64,000 bases of DNA from the NCBI RefSeq assembly GCF_009914755.1, contig NC_060925.1. The stretch is one strand, 5' to 3'. The notes below the pieces were generated by a model. The model was not told the DNA's origin. It searched no databases and worked only from the letters and a program-made list of their open reading frames with translations. Within the stretch, counting starts at the first letter, position 1, and every line of letters starts with the position of its first letter. The position numbers and the translations under genes are program-made. Origin of the DNA: the human T2T-CHM13v2.0 reference genome, Homo sapiens. Below are positions 43,627 to 60,925 of this stretch, piece by piece.

Positions 43627-44577
43627 ATCCCATATAAATATTAAATATTGTTGGGTTTTTGGCTTCAAATTGACAATATGTTGATGACTATATTTAAATG
43701 TATATCCATAGTCATTTAAAAATGTTATTGAACACAGTCTTTTTTGTGATTTTTCAATTTTCTTAGTGCAAAATAGTCTAAAAGCACAACTTCTGTTGTG
43801 GGAGGTCTCTCAAACGATTTACATTGAAAAGAAGTTCTCATACTTGAAATAGACGTGATGATCCTCCTGCCGTGTTTCCTGTGCTTTCTCACATGCCCGA
43901 TAACACATGCCACATGCAGTAGCTTGTGTGAAGGGAGAGGTGATGGGAATCTGGAATGGCCATGATGTTTCTTTATATGGAGTCCTCCTTTCTTCTCTCC
44001 TCACCCCAGATCCTTTCCATCATGCAAGGACCAGCCAAACTCTTCCAGCTTTCCTTGAGCGCAGCTATCATTCTGTTTTTCCCTGTGACTAATTATTTTA
44101 AATCCCTTGATTCATTTGAATGTTAGAAACTGAAAATCGGTCTGACTAAACAACTACAAATCACTTCCCTCTACTCTGAATACTAGTGGCACTCACCATT
44201 TTTAATATAAAATTTGATGCTCAAGGATAACCCAGGTAGTATTTATTTTGATTCTCTCCAAAGAAGTTACCTTCATGAGAGTATATAAGTAAATATATAA
44301 TAAATACATGTTTGAGTAGAATGAGTAAATGACTCAATCATTCCATCTATCTACCTATCAATTATCTATCTCTTTATATCTAATCCACCTATGTTCATTT
44401 ACATAGGTGTTGTATATACATCCATTATCACATCTTTCATATCAGTATCATCTAATGTGCAAAGTACCATGGACATTCTGTTTTGGATACACAGTAAGTC
44501 AAGGGCTCTGCTTTTCAGAGCATATGATCAATGTGAGTGTAACTAAACAAATCTGGGTTGGAAGGGGATGTTAGATG

Positions 44578-45005
44578 TTGCGTGAATTTCTTAGGTTTTA
44601 AAACAGAAGTTTATTCTTTCACAATTCTGGAAGCCAGAAGTCTGAAATCAAGGTGTTGGCAAGACTGCACTTCCTCTAAAGACCCTAGGGGAGAATCCTT
44701 CCTTTCTTCCTTCAGCTCCTGGTAGCTATCTGCATTCCTTGACTTGTGAGCATATCATTCCAATCTCTGCTTCTGTGGTCACGTTGCCTCCTCCACCTCT
44801 TTCACTGTCTCCTCCTGTATATGCCTGTCTTATAAGGATATGTGTGATTGCAGTGAGGTCCCAGCCAGAAAATCTAGGATAAGCTCCTCCTTTCAAGAGC
44901 TTTAACTTCATCACATCACATCTTTTGTCATATAAGGTAATCACAGAACCTGGGGATTAGGAGGTGGGCACATCTTTTGGAGGGACCGCCATTCAGACCA
45001 CTGCA
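44578..45005 (-). mobile_element. MLT1C-like LTR
   Basis: 'tttattctttcacaattctggaagccagaagtctgaaatcaaggtgttggca...ggggattagga' MLT1 consensus. Confidence 0.85.
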
Positions 45006-45329
45006 GATGTCATTAATGAACAACTTTTGGCTTTGGACCTCTCTCTTGTGTTAAACTGTGCAGTCTGTATGTTTGAGAAATTAACACTCACCAGGGGGGT
45101 CATTCCATTTTCACAGAGCAGTGAGATGCAGATCCCCTTTATATTGAGCCAAAAATCTAATTCTCATTGTACTTATTTGCCTTCTTAATAATTCTGAGAA
45201 TTATGATGAGAACACTTCTGATCTTTCTTCCACAAGAAAATCTTTAAAGTTGAGAAGTTTAAAGTTATTTCAACCTGGTCCTATGTGCCACTTCTAAATT
45301 TTCATGATTTTTCTTAACCTTTTCAATTA

Positions 45330-46760
45330 CACTCACCGAACAGCAATCACACTCCCCTAATCTCATTACCCTCTGACTTTAAATCTTTTGACTCCTCTCA
45401 TCCACCTTCATGAGGTTTATAGCAATGACTTCTCCAAAAGTCACCTGTAACCTCTTAGTCATAAAACGGGTAGCCCTTCCTTGTCTGTCCTGGTTAATCT
45501 CTTAGCAATCCCTTTAAACTCCCTTAATTTTCAGAGAATTATACCTACCTAGCTCTCTTCTCTCCTCTGGTTCTTTTCTCTTCTTCCTGTTCCCCACCCC
45601 TATTTTCTGCAGAGTGTAGGGCTTTCCAGCAATTTCTCCCTGGTTGACTCCCATACTCTTCCGTTGCCTCTCCTTTTGTACCTGCCTCTGTCTTCACGAT
45701 TTCAAATACCCTTTCCATGTGGGTCACTTGGCTTCAGTAAGGAGCATTTCCATGTGCTTGCTGGATAGCACAGCCTTCCCCTCCTTCTTCCTCATCCTGT
45801 TCCCCTCCTGGGGTTCCTATTTCTATGAATAGCATGACCATCCTACAGCTCAAATGTTATGAATAAATCAAGTGATCTTGATTTATTCTCTTCCCTCACC
45901 TCCTACATTTAGCCAGGTACCGAATTCTAATGATTCAACCAAGTAAGATCTCAACCTTCTTGGCTACTTTCCCCTCCTGCTACCAATATCTTAATTCATC
46001 ATTTCTGCAACTTAAATGTGCATTCAGATCACATAGGGATCTTGATAAAATGCAGACTCTGATCCATGAGGGCTGGGTTGGGGCCTGAGAATCTGCATTT
46101 CTAACCAGCCTTCAGGTGATGCAGATACTGCTCCTCTGTGCTCAGACCACACTGAGAAGAAAGGCTTTATGTTTTAGCTTTGTATCTTTTCTTAGTCTCT
46201 GAGCTTCCCAGATGATCTCATTGATCATATTATTGCCTTTGATCCATTTTACACAGATTACTGTTATTGAGGACCAAATGTGATCATCTTTCTCCTACCC
46301 TTGAACACCTTCTTTGACATCACCTTCCATTGCCTGTTGAATAAAGACTAAATGTCTCGCATCAGCTTCACCCTATTTCATGGCTTGGGTTTGCATGTTG
46401 AGTTCAGTCTCAAGTCTCAAGGTCACCCTTCACTTTACCCTGGTACTTGCTGTTGCAGGTATCCTCATCCTCTGCCACGTTCTCTTGCTGCATAGGATGC
46501 CCTTTGTGCCACATCATCAGGGATCCAAATTTTAGCAATTTGTCAAGGACCACTTGAAACGAATTCATCTTCTGTTACTCTATCAGAATCTCACTTTTAT
46601 CCCTGATTACATTCACTCTTGGTTTTAGTGTGTGTGTGCCACAAATTGTTTGAAATATCAGACTGTGAACTCCTTGAAAGATGCTGTGTTTTGTTGGTCT
46701 TTGACTGCTTTCAAGTATCTAGTGCAGAGTCTTCTTCATAAATGCTCAGTGTGCACATTC
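45330..46760 (+). mobile_element. L2 LINE, interrupted by MER5
   Basis: L2 body motifs and 3' end 'gactgtgaactccttgaaag...atgctcagt'. Confidence 0.6.
46005..46165. mobile_element. MER5 (hAT-Charlie) DNA transposon
   Basis: 'aaaatgcagactctg...ggggcctgagaatctgcatttctaac...caggtgatgc'. Confidence 0.8.
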
Positions 46761-46778
46761 ACATATAAAATATGTAAA

Positions 46779-47048
46779 CAGGCACAGTGGCTCACTTTGG
46801 AAGGCTGAGGTGGGAGGATGGTTTGAGGCCAGAAGTTGAAGACCAACCTGGGCAACTTAGCAAAAAAAATCTCTACAAAAATTATTAAAAATCAGCTGGA
46901 TTTGATTGTGCACCTGCCTGTAGTCTCAGCTATATGGGAGGCTGAGGCAAGGAGGATCCCTTGAGCCCATTAGTTCAAAGCTGCAGTGAGCTGTGATGGT
47001 GCCACTGCACTCCAGCCTGGGCAACAGAACAAGATCCAGTCTCGAAAA
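46779..47048 (+). mobile_element. AluJ SINE (internal deletion)
   Basis: J diagnostics; lacks the CCTGTAATCCCAGC segment. Confidence 0.85.
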
Positions 47049-47820
47049 GAGTAAATATAGTGTTTTTGTTGTTTGTCTCCTTATAAAAGTAATATATGTC
47101 ATACAAAAATTCAAACATTATGGAAATATATATCAAAAGTAAAAGTCCACCATAACCCAATGCCCCCAAAGACAACTATGGTTAACAGTTTGATGTCACG
47201 ACAGGATTGCCTCTGATATTTTTCTATACATATTCTAACATTTACTCTATACAAAACTGGGATAATAATAGACTCTTGCAACTTGACTTTAAATGTAAAT
47301 CTATCTCCTCTTCTTAAAATCTGCAACTTATTCCAAAAGATTGACTGATTTAACTGCATAAAAACCAATCTGCTTAAAATGGCCTAGCAATGTAGAAATA
47401 TGTTTGCTTTGAATTTCTGATCACTTAAATATGCCTTTATTCAGCAATTTCTCTCTCTGCTCCTCAGATTGTGCTAGACTTCGGATCTGTAACAGTAAGA
47501 CACAAATACTACCCCGGAAGTTCCAAGCTATACTTATGTCTTTAGGCTAATGTTGAGTGATGAACTGCGGGTGAAGTAGTAATCATTTATCTTTGATGTC
47601 AAGTTAAAATTATCATATTTGATGACGTGAACTCTCAGATTGCAATTTTATACTGAAATGTAAGTTTTCAAATTATTTCGCTCCATAAAGAATAGGTGAC
47701 TCATTTTGAATTCTGAATGTGTACATATTTATCTATCATCTAACACACATATGTATAGGTATATTACTTTTTGTTCCATTAATGAATATAAATTTGAAAT
47801 AAAAATATAGAAAATGTTGT

Positions 47821-48194
<374 letters not shown>

Positions 48195-48660
48195 ATATAG
48201 AAAATGTTGTAAAAGATATACCAAAAATTTTAGTGTATTTAATAAAACTACAATTTAGGAAGAAGCAGTGTGAAAAACAAAAGGAAAATGTTATGTGAGC
48301 CGTGTCTTAGAATGCCAGTAACTGGGGGCACACAATAAAGCATTTGTTGAAAAGAAAATTCTTTTAGAAGTAAACATCAATATTCCCTTTGAAATTTTGG
48401 AGAGATAAGTCTTCATAATGATGAATGTTTGTTACTGATACCATATTTGTCATTTAAGAAATAGTTCTGTTGTGGAACTCGGGAAGGTCATTTTCCTGGG
48501 TAGAGGGAGGACAGGAGTATGTTTGAGGAACCTAGAGATAGCAGCAAAGGAGACTGTATCTTATGAAGAAGAAACTTAAAAGTAGAATGTAAGACAATAA
48601 AAGATTACAACTTTGAATCAATAGGAGACTTTTGCAGTCTGGGTTAGTGAAATTATATAA

Positions 48661-48965
<305 letters not shown>

Positions 48966-49639
48966 AATATAAAGAATATTTCTACATCTTCTATCAAACC
49001 CCTGAAGATTTTGTCCATTGGTATAGTTAATATGTCTCCTCCCATATGGATTGTGTGTTTCCTGTAGAATTTAATACAAGTGAAAATTGAACCTCCTTTG
49101 GAATAATAAGAGCAATTATCTGATAATAAAATTAAGGCATATTTATTTCATTTTTGCATTGGCTGCTAGGAAACTTAGACCTAAAAATAACATTCAATCA
49201 CAGTGGACAGTTTTGCTTGGTTTTTCTGTATATTACTTCCCTTTTGTTTTAGGATTTTTCTTAACCTTTCAGTTTTAATATAAGCATTCTCAGATTCTCT
49301 TTGGAAGGCAAGCAGGATATAACTTGGAAATGTATAGTCTAAAATTATACCCACAAAAAAATGCCCATATATTAAGGTAAGAAAAAAGAAAAAGAAAGGA
49401 AGTGAATACTTTGAAAGCAGATTAAAAAAGAAAAAGCAATATGTTGGAACCAAGGTCTCTTTGAAGGCCTGAAGACCCCAGGAACCACCATGGGCAAAGA
49501 AAGTAACTTTTAGCCAATGCAAGATATCCTGAAGAAAGAACAGGTAACGATGGTGATGATGATGATGACTGCTGATAATTATAATGAATTATAAGGCTTC
49601 AGATTTTCAGACAATATCTCATTGAATCAACAGCCCTCT

Positions 49640-51262
<1,623 letters not shown>

Positions 51263-51269
51263 GCAGTCA

Positions 51270-51405
51270 ACAACCCTCTTTAAATAGAAATTGTTATTAT
51301 CTTTTTTATATATACATAAAAGGAGACTGAAACATACTGAGGACTTTCCTCAGCTTAAACAGCTGATGATGTCGCAGAAGCTCAGTGAATCCAGGTTGTA
51401 CCATG
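51270..51405 (-). mobile_element. MIR SINE
   Basis: 'aggagactgaaacatac...cagctgatga...gaatccagg'. Confidence 0.5.
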
Positions 51406-51915
51406 TTGCCTTTTATATAAAATGCGTGCATATCTTTCTCATCAGAAGCAGGAACCAGGCAAAAAGAGAACAACCCAAGGGTCTAGGCTTGAAAAGAAAA
51501 TCAAAGTTGATTCTGGGAGGGACTGAAACATTCCCACAGTCTTAGGGACAGGCCTAGACCGTGTTAAGCTACGGATGAAATACTGATTATCAAGGGTCAG
51601 GCCACAACATGGAACCGGGCTGAATAAAGAAACTGGTACCTGGGTCTGAAGGCTGTGGCAAGTAAGACAGCCTGTGGCCATTCTCCAGCTTCATCAAAAA
51701 CAGAAATCTGTGCTCCATAACACTTTTCTACTGCACGCTCAGATCTTCTTCCTCCCACACTGGCACTCTCCACCCTGCTTCTCTGTAAGATATTTTCCTC
51801 TAACTATGGCACGTTTGACTTGACTTTCCTTAAAGTACACTTTTTCTTACCCTTGCAACTTTTCAAGTTACCATTCTGTATTTTGTCTTCTCCTGATCCC
51901 AAAATTCTTCTCTCT

Positions 51916-52219
<304 letters not shown>

Positions 52220-53121
52220 AGACTTTGAGGGGATTTTTAAGATTATCTAATGGAGGCCTCTTATTTTATATTTGAGGATCCTGGAATCTGAAAAGGTTGA
52301 ATGCCACACCCAAAGCTGCAAAACTCTAAGCCTGGATCTTCTGACTCCATGTCTAAGTTTCTATGTAGACTCCTGCTAAGTCACTGCCTGGAGATGACCT
52401 GGCCTCTTTATTCACTCTTGTTGTTTGCAGCGGCATTTACGGCATTTATGGCATCAAGTATTAGTAGAAACAGATCTCAAGTGTCAAACCCCCTCCCAAG
52501 TGCTACATATTCATTTCTGGCCCTCTTTTAGACATTTCTACAAAGAATATCCATCAGGCACCTCTAATGTATGATTTGGAGATTGGAACCCATCACCTTT
52601 CTCCAAAATATTCCACTCTTCCTACTTTTCCTATATGCATTGATTTCATCACAGTGTTCCAAGGAGAAGCAAGGATTCAGACTTGAATCCTTCTGAATGT
52701 TTGCAAAGATAACTTCCCTCTTTACGTGCAGCTTATAAGTCCTATTGAATTTTCCTAAACTGCACCACATTAATTACTTGCCACCTGTTCTCACTACTAC
52801 CTCCTTGATCCAGGTCTTTCCCATCATCTCCCCCTTACAAGGCTCCAATAGCCTCTAACTTGTTCCCTGCTTTCAGTCTCTTTTGGATTTTACGGTTCTG
52901 TAACAAGACCTACAATTTTACCTCTACGTAACTTTTGATTCCATCTCCCTTTCCCCGCTCTGTCATGTCACTGTAGCCACATCAGCCTGCTTGTGGTTCT
53001 TTGGATGTGACTCCATTGTCCTTCCTCTAGGTTTCTGTGGAAACCACACTTCCAAATTTATTCTCCCTAGCTTGGCTGTAGCTGTCCTAAAAATATTAGG
53101 CCTGAAGTCCTCAGGAAAATA

Positions 53122-53457
53122 TGGTCGTCCCTCAGTATCCAACGGGTATTGGCTCCAGGACCTCTAGTGGATACCAAAATCACAGGATGCTCAAGTCTCT
53201 TGTATAAAACAGCACAGTATTTACATATAACCTATGCATATCCTCCCATGAAATTTAAATCATCTCTAGATTACTTATAATACCTAATGCAGTGCCTACG
53301 CATCACTTCATTTGAGTGGATTCAACATAGTACTGAGCATGAGGCAAATTCAAGTTTTGCTTTTTGGAACTTTGTGGATTTTTTTTTCTGGAATATTTTT
53401 GATGCGAGATTAGTTAAATTTACGGATGTGGAACCCACAGATACAGAGGGCTGACTG
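53122..53457. mobile_element. MER2B (Tigger2-derived TcMar) DNA transposon
   Basis: TIRs 'gtcgtccctcagtatcc' / 'gatacagagggctgactg', TA TSD, MER2 body. Confidence 0.88.
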
Positions 53458-54340
53458 TACATCTTTTTCAATCCCCATGCTCCTTTAGTATGTTATTCTC
53501 ACATCTATTATAACATTTACCATACTTATCTGCCTTTAAATAAATTATGTAAATAACTCTCCTTGTCCTTTAGATTTTGAGCTTCTCATCAGAAGCCACC
53601 AATTATTTATTTCTCCATACGCCTCGTAGACTTTACACCTTGTAGAAACTCACTAAATGGAATGATGCTTTAGGTACCTGTGCAGGCAGAGATTTTTATG
53701 TTTTATTCACTGATCTATCCCAAGGGCCTGCTTGGCACATAATAGACTTTCATTAAGTATTTGTTGTTGACTGAGTTCCTTGTTACTGTTCCCTTTGGAG
53801 GAGAAAAAGAAACATGAGTTTTAGCAGTCTTCAATGTACCTTGATGATGACAAAATAGTTTATCCATTAGTGAACAGTAAGCAGTTCCTGATGACTTATA
53901 TGCAGAACATACTAGAATTTCTCTGACTGAGATTCAGAACTTCCCTTGCCTGGAGCATTGTTTTTGTAGATACAATGGTTACACTGGTGACCCTCACATT
54001 TTGAGAGGGGTAGTCTTTTGGATCTCCTGGAAATTATGGTTCCTTTCACCAGCTAATTTCTAGTGGCCAGTAGTCATTATTGGTTGATCATCAGATGCCA
54101 CAAGTAGCAAGCTCTCTTGAAGGTTTTTGTAACCACTTGGAAAGCTTTCAATCACAGGGACTTGGAGGGGTGATCATGTGTGGCCCAGGATCGTATACAT
54201 CATAATCATATGGGATGTCTGCTAAAGATTCAACCTTGGGGATTGAAAGCAGACCAGCTGAATAAAAATGGGGACAGGGTCTGTCAATCTGCATTCTAAA
54301 CACTGTACCTTAGATAGTACTTCTGCTTGCTAAATTTTAA

Positions 54341-54966
<626 letters not shown>

Positions 54967-55134
54967 TCATTCTCTCTGGTAAGATGAGTCGTATTCAACT
55001 TGAGATGTTTCTCAGGCTTTGCAAAGGGTGGAGTGCTCTTTCCCACTGAAATATAAACACAATAGAGCAAGAACTCAGATGTCCGCTGGAAAATTAAGTT
55101 GAAACCGCTTCCATTAAATGTATCATGCTATATC

Positions 55135-55137
<3 letters not shown>

Positions 55138-55169
<32 letters not shown>
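55138..55169. repeat. (AT)16 microsatellite
   Basis: Read directly. Confidence 0.95.
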
Positions 55170-55171
<2 letters not shown>

Positions 55172-56069
55172 AAAATATGGTTAACAATGTTCACAGGGTA
55201 CTATAAAAACAGAAAGTGTTATCTCAAATATACGCAGTTCTTAACTTTTTTTGTTTTTCTCTTGAGTTCTATCAGGGAGCTGACTATCAAAAACAGACCA
55301 TATTTTTGCATGGGTATAATGCTATGTTTAGGGGTTACATTTCTGAGCAAGTAATCATGTATATTATTTATATAAACAGCAGGATGTCAAAAAAGCAAAG
55401 ACAACATAGTCTAGAACTGCTGTCTAAGTGCAAAATAGTTTTATTTTCGTGAACAGTCTAAAAAATGGACAGAGTTGGTTTTGCCCATCCGTTAGGGGAC
55501 ATTTTATAAAGGTCTTCTATAAATAAGTAAATTTCAAAAATCATACAACTAATACTTTTTCATGAATTTAATGTAAAGTAGTACATTAGGTTAAGAAAAC
55601 AAAATTAATAATCACTCTGTTTGTCAGAAGTTTAGAAATTCCTGTGGTAGCAAAACCCTCGAGCCAGGTGACCCACACACAATCTCTTCTATTTCCAACC
55701 ATTCCACTGGTAGTTTACTTGCTAGTTACGTTTTTTTAAGTTCCTGAATTGTGTCAGGCAGGGTTCTAAGTGCTGGGGATGAAAAGATGAATAAGCAGGA
55801 CAAGACGCTGCCTTTGTGGGTTTACGTCTTTGTGAAAATCCACAGGAGCTGGACCAGTACTTGTAAGGGAATTTCTAAACAAGCCTGATTCTACTCGGTG
55901 TCAAGATTAGAATAGATGGGTGTAGTAGGACAGTTTGGCCAATTAGACTTGAGGTCTTCTCTAGGCTTCACTGTTTCCCCACCTCTTAAAGCTGGGGCTT
56001 CAATTACATTTTTCTTTAAAAAAAAAAATTGTTCTTTTAGAAAAATTAAACTACCAATACTGATTTTTG

Positions 56070-56083
56070 CCAGTAGATGGCAG
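56070..56083 (+). promoter_or_regulatory. Candidate CTCF site
   Basis: CCAGTAGATGGCAG fits the CCASYAGRKGGCRS consensus at all 14 positions, in non-repeat sequence. Confidence 0.6.
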
Positions 56084-56298
56084 ACAACTGCATTTGTGTG
56101 TCCAATGAGCGGGTCAAGTTTTTAAAGGTTCAAAATGCACCTCTTGATGTGAAAAAAAAATGTTGTTACTTTCATATGAGTGACAGAAGTTGCTGTTATG
56201 TTCCGTGGACTGTATGTTTTAAATATGACCATTCTTTTACTCCTTGGCATTTGGTTTTCAATTTGGCTATCTGCTCTATTTATAGAGGGCAAGACGGA

Positions 56299-56600
56299 TT
56301 TTTTTTTTCTTTTGAGACGGAGTATCACTCTATCATCAGGCTGGAGTGTAGTGCCGCGATCTCAGCTCACTGCAATCACTGCAACCTCCGCCTCCCGGGT
56401 TGAAGTGATTCTCCTGCCTCAGCCTCCCGAGTAGCTGGGACTACAGGCACCTGCCACCATGCCTGGCTAATTTTTGTATTTTTAGTTGAGAAGGGGTTTC
56501 ACCATGTTGGCCAGGCTGATCTCGAACTCCTGACCTCATGATCTACTCGCCTAGGCCTCCCAAAGTGCTGGGATTACAGGCGTGAGCCACCGTGCCTGGC
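56299..56600 (-). mobile_element. AluS SINE
   Basis: Antisense Alu; internal TCACTGCAA duplication. Confidence 0.92.
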
Positions 56601-57504
56601 TGAAGTTCTTTTGAAGGTCACATGTATTTTGTAAATTAACAGAGACTCCCTTGGTATTTTGACTAGTGTTCTGTTTATGTGAAAAAGTTCAAATAGGCTT
56701 TGCAAAATGAGATAGAGATGAATGCCCTGGTGGCTCCAGGAAGTATGCAGTTTTTTCAAATATGCGAGAAACAAACGCTTTATTTTCCAGTGATGACAGA
56801 AGAAACAAAGAAATTTGATACTCTCAGCCTGACTCCTTCCCTTGATCCACCATCAGCTATAGGAGTCCAAAGAAAATGAACTATGAACCAAAGTTAAATC
56901 CAACAAGTCACATGCACAGAACAAGATTAACATCACCATTAACATCGCCATTACTGAAGCGAAAGCTGGCCCAAACCCCACTACTGAGTAGCCCATCCTC
57001 ATTCCAGCAAAGAAATAACTAACTCAGTAAGTCTTTTGGAAGACTCAGGGTCAGGGTGCCATATTGTATGTTTTCCAAGTCCAAACCAGACTAAGCTATA
57101 AAGAAGTAATGCCCACTGACCCTTTACATTTCTGCAAAGCCTCTCTCAATTACAGATGCTTTTATTGACTTCCAAGGTAGCTTGGCCAAGATCATTATAA
57201 GGCAGCTAGGTTCAGGAGGGGATAAAAAAATTGTGTAGCAAAGTCTTGACCCTAGATGTGTGTTTATAATCTACAAATATGTTAACTTGTAAAATAGAGT
57301 TGTCTGAGCCAAGTTGTTCTTGGGAATCAGAGGGTGAAGAAGCCAAATCTTTTTGGAGAGATACCAGGCATTTCTTCTTTTAAGGGATTTCACTTGAGAG
57401 ATACTTTAAAGGACCAGTAAGGTCTAAATAGAGAAGAAGATCCAGGCAAAACTAACCTTACAAGTGAAAAACTTCCTGCTGTTTTCTTTTTTTGTTGTTG
57501 TCTC

Positions 57505-57817
57505 TATCAAGAACTTTCTGCCTCAGAGCCTTTACACTTACTATTATATCTGTTTGAAATGATCTTTTTCCAGAAGTCTATATAGCTTGCTTTTTCACTT
57601 CTGTTAGAGCTGTCCTCAAATGCCATCCGATCAGGCTGCGTTTTGTGATCACTTCCTCTAAGTGGCATGCGTCACTTTCATCATTCACCATCTTCTGAAT
57701 CTGCTGTCCTTTTCTTCATAGCATCTGTCACTGCCTGACAAAATATATATTTATTTTTTCACTCACTGTCTGTTAACGCCCACTACAATATGAGCTCTAT
57801 GAGACCAATGACTATAA

Positions 57818-57853
<36 letters not shown>

Positions 57854-57930
57854 CGCTAAATTTCCAGTTTCTAGAACGCTATCTGTCTCAGGAGGGTGGG
57901 CTCTTAATATATGCTAGCAGAATGAATGCT
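57505..57930 (+). mobile_element. L2a 3' end with inserted (TA)n(GA)n
   Basis: 'cctcagagcctttacactt', 'atgagctctatgag', 'agaatgaatg' terminus; repeat at 57817-57853. Confidence 0.7.
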
Positions 57931-58403
57931 CAATCCCACTTTTATTTTTCTTATTGCAGAAAGGAAAACTGACAAACCCACCCTTATATTATTTCCCTCC
58001 AGGGCTTTTTCTTTTGCATATTTATATTGAAATCACCATTAATGCTGTCACTCACAATAAATTATAGCGTGGTACACCTGAAGAACAATGAACTAAATTA
58101 GCACATTCGATCAGATTTCCATGAATATGCCCAGCTTTGTTTCCATTAATGTTATTTTTCTATTAGAAGTAGATGAGAGAGAACCAACTTGTTAGTTTCT
58201 AATTAAAAAAAATTAATGTAAATGCTCATTGACTTAATTATGAGCATATACATTAAAAAGGAAGTAAAGAAATTCCTTATGACCATAAAGTGGAAGAGGA
58301 AGATGGAGAAGGGCTTTTCTGAATTTGGAATTCTAAAGCATACCTTAGGAAATCTGCAACTGAGTACCTACAAGGTACCACTATGTAAAATGTGATAGGC
58401 AAT

Positions 58404-59023
<620 letters not shown>

Positions 59024-59064
59024 GCAATCAAGACTATGTTGGCCCAGGATGCTCTTTTAAAAAA

Positions 59065-59333
59065 TTATTTCTTTAATAGATGGGGTCTCAATCTGCTGCC
59101 CAGGCTGGAGTAAAGTGGCACAATCACGGCTCAGTGCAGCCTGACCGCTCAGACTCCCAAGTAGTTGGGACTACAGGTGCACAACAGCGTGGCTGGCTAG
59201 ATTTTTTTTTTTTTTCAGACATGGGGTCTCACTGTGTTACCCAGGCTGGTCCTAAACTCCTGGACTCAAGCAGTCCTCCCGCTGCAGCCTCCCAAAATGC
59301 TAGGTTTATAGGCGTGACCTACTATGCCCGGCC
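59065..59333 (-). mobile_element. AluJ SINE (internal deletion)
   Basis: Diverged antisense dimer. Confidence 0.85.
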
Positions 59334-60105
59334 TCCAGAATGCTCTTGATGTGCCACAAGACACTTCACTTTTTACATTACTCGGCTGGTCTCCAGAATA
59401 TGATTTCTAGTTTTTCAGTTATTCTGAAGCACTTTAACATAACTAAATATTATATTCTGTCAGATTTTTCACATTAAAATCTAAGTCTTCAAATATTGTT
59501 AAACATGCTTGAAGATACTGTATTCTTTTATTTTCTTTTATTTTTTCATTCATCAGATATTTATTGAGCAGCTGCCAAGGCCAGGATGTTGCCCTGGAGT
59601 TATCCTCTTGGAGCTTGGGGCTTGCTGGGACTTAAGAAGACCAGCTAATTTTTATTGCTGTTGAGAAGTAGCTTTAAACATATTATGATACAATACGTAA
59701 TCTGGTTTTCAGGATGCTGATGTGGGCATAATGGTGAGAAGATCAATATCCCTAATACTGTAAATTGTATTCTGAAGTTGGTTGTGTAGAAGATACTCAC
59801 TGGAGACATTGTTTCTTTGCAATCTAGGACCACCTAATCCTTGTTGCACCTGCAAGTTTATGAACTATTTGGACAGGGCGCGGGATCTCAGTTTGCTTGA
59901 ATTTTCCCCATCTCACGTGTCTATGTGAAAACCTTTGGGCTCTGAATAGAATCAGAAAACAATGCTTACATGGGTGTGACTTTTAAGCAGATATTTAAAA
60001 AATTTTTGGGGCTATTTTACTAGGACCACATGGAAGTTTGTGATGAAGTAAAATTTGGGCTTGTCATGAGCTTTAGTTACTGATCTCTAAAAGATAGCGG
60101 AATGT

Positions 60106-60369
60106 GCACTTTGGGAGGCCGAGGTGGGCGGATCACGAGGTCAGGAGATCGAGACCTTCCTGGCTAACATGGTGAAACCCCGTCTCTACTAAAAATACAA
60201 AAAATTACCCGGGCGTGGTTGCGGGCGCCTGTAGTCCCAGCTACTCTCGAGGCTGAGGCAGAAGAATCACTTGAACTGGGAGGCGGAGGTTGCAGTGAGC
60301 CTAGATCGCGCCACTGCACTCCAGCCTGGGTGACAGAGCGAGACTCCGTCTCAACAAAAACAAACAAAA
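60106..60369 (+). mobile_element. 5'-truncated AluS (Sc8-like)
   Basis: TSD AAAAGATAGC(G/A)GAATG at 60089-60104 and 60370-60385. Confidence 0.92.
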
Positions 60370-60676
60370 AAAAGATAGCAGAATGCTTGGGCTTGGTAAC
60401 CAGGAATTCAGTGAATACAGAATTTCTTAAAACAAAATCTATGCTCTGGATACTAGAGCAGTCTCGATTTAAAGTTATCTAGTGTTCTTTCTTTACTATC
60501 ATTTTAAGAAGCATTTTAGTGTATGGTATTGAGATGTCTGCTACCAATTTTTAAAATGGTTTTCAGTCATGTAGTGCTCTCATGCTCCCAGAACTGAGAG
60601 ATTCTTCTAAATTTTTATCAATTTACAGTCCACAGTTCTCCAACCATAATTTTTCCTCTTAAGTTTTCCTTCAATC

Positions 60677-60925
60677 CAGTGTTTCTCAATGGGATTTTTC
60701 TCATTATTACCCCACTAAGGGGCCTTCTTCTCCTAAGCAGCTTTCCGCCTCATGAAATTTTAATACCATACATATACTTTATATATATACTTTAGATACT
60801 GTGTGTCTTTTTTAGAATGTGGCCGCCTAGAGAGTCAGAAACCATTGCAAAATCCAAAATGTTTTTCACCCTCTAAGAACCCATTTTCAAGGCCTAGAGG
60901 GCTGATACCATCTCTGTAAAATGCA
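60677..60925. mobile_element. MER112-like hAT-Charlie element
   Basis: 'cagtgtttctcaa...catgaaattttaatacca...aaccattg...aagaacccattttc'. Confidence 0.65.
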
